NCBI GenBank assembly: GCA_001938485.1
Contig: MQRK01235633.1
Coordinates: 1 to 51,433 of the forward strand
Length of the DNA: 51,433 bases
From: Girardia tigrina
Taxonomy: Eukaryota
Reading direction: 5' to 3'
The position numbers and the translations under genes are program-made. The notes under the pieces are model-generated. The model did not search any database. It had not been told where the DNA came from and saw nothing but the letters and a program-made list of their open reading frames with translations. Position 1 is the stretch's first letter. Each line of letters opens with the position of its first letter. Positions 50,363 through 51,433 of the stretch are shown piece by piece.

Positions 50363-51378
50363 CTGTAGATGATACTATGTCAATGTGGACCGTACAAACA
50401 AACATTATAATTTAAAAGTTACAATCTCTAGCTGCTAAGACAACTGTTAAACATTGGGTCAGGGGATTTAAAGGTGGTCTCACGTCCGTTTGTGATCAAG
50501 CAAAATCAGGTCAATCATAAGAAATTTTATATCGACCTGAGTGAGTGTGTAAATGTTTCGGAAATTCTTTTTCCATCTTCAGAAATTATATTTGTTAGTT
50601 ATAATGTAACTGTTTCAAAGTTATTTTAAAAGCGTTATTTAAACCGCTTTAAACTGCCATTCCCTCGAAGTCCGCCAACCGCCAATACAAAATAGGAACA
50701 AAAATATACGAATCCCTCGTTAAACCGACAATATTAGTGTAATTTTTTGTCTCGAATTACTGTGTATAGAATAGGGTTTACATTGTAGGATGTAGAGTTT
50801 TTTGAATAGTTTTAGAAATGTGATACTGACGACATACACGCTGATGAAGATTCAGATGACGAAAGTTCAATGCTTGTCCCAACTGCTAATGATGCGAAAC
50901 GATCTATTGATACAATTCTAGAAAGTCAACCCATGACGGATAAAGAAGTTTTTGTGGCTTTAAAGTTGTCAGCAGTTATTAATCGTTAGGCACTTAGCAT
51001 TTTACACCAGCCTTTTATCAAAAACTATTTTAAACCAAAATAAACCGTATTAATTTAAAACAAATACAAGATTTTCTGGTACGTGAGGTTTTGAACTGTT
51101 GGTGATGAGAATAGCCATTAAAAAATAACACGACATTTGGGAGTAAAAAGAAGACATAATTTAAAATTTGGTTCAATACCAAATCACTTCCATTAACAGA
51201 TTTTATAAAACATCAGAAATAAGTAAACATAATGGTATTAGATAGCTAAAAAATTCATTGATACCTCGATTAACCGCCAAAATAATGGTGGTTTAAAGAG
51301 GTTTCGTTATAAATTATATATATATATATATATATAATGAAAAGAAAGGCCATTTTTTAATATTAAATTTATTCCCAA

Positions 51379-51415
51379 TACAAACGCGTTTCACCATTTC
51401 GGCATCTTCAGTGCA
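51379..51415 (-). ncRNA. Minimal type I hammerhead ribozyme motif (Penelope type)
   Basis: UGCA-CUGAAGA-U-GCC/GGU-GAAA-CGCG-UU-UGUA, followed by AATAAA. Confidence 0.75.
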
Positions 51416-51433
51416 ATGAAATAAAGTGATTAA

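Noticed and set aside
50841-50870. CTGATGA...GAAA hammerhead-like string
   Set aside because: Stem II cannot pair; reads as acidic codons (ADEDSDDES), probably a transposase remnant

Overview
AT-rich eukaryotic (animal-like) genomic DNA with assembly gaps. It is dominated by nested transposable elements around one clear host gene, a minus-strand citrate synthase: four coding exons are visible (49076-48879, 48835-48437, 40084-39653, 28961-28794), with one 43-bp intron and two TE-filled introns of about 8.4 and 10.7 kb; 5' exons were not found in the window. Left part: a GC-rich array of RFX X-box-like palindromes and CCAAT boxes (1-575), an orphan 398-aa ORF, and a decayed RLE-type non-LTR retrotransposon (NeSL/LIN-like) that appears to carry two tandem Ulp1-like protease domains. 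That element is interrupted by a mariner (itself holding a solo LTR), a TG..CA insert and a Helitron-type element. Middle: an internally deleted LTR retrotransposon with 119-bp LTRs, a DIRS-like RNase H and a DDE integrase. Its primer-binding site is exactly complementary to the first 12 nt of tRNA-Lys(UUU) rather than a tRNA 3' end, which is the most unusual signal found. Its 3' LTR is split by a Penelope element with inverted ends. Penelope-type minimal hammerhead ribozymes occur four times. Also present: RTE LINEs, a piggyBac MITE, and pogo, Tc1, mariner and hAT remnants. All calls are from manual motif reading; no database search was run.
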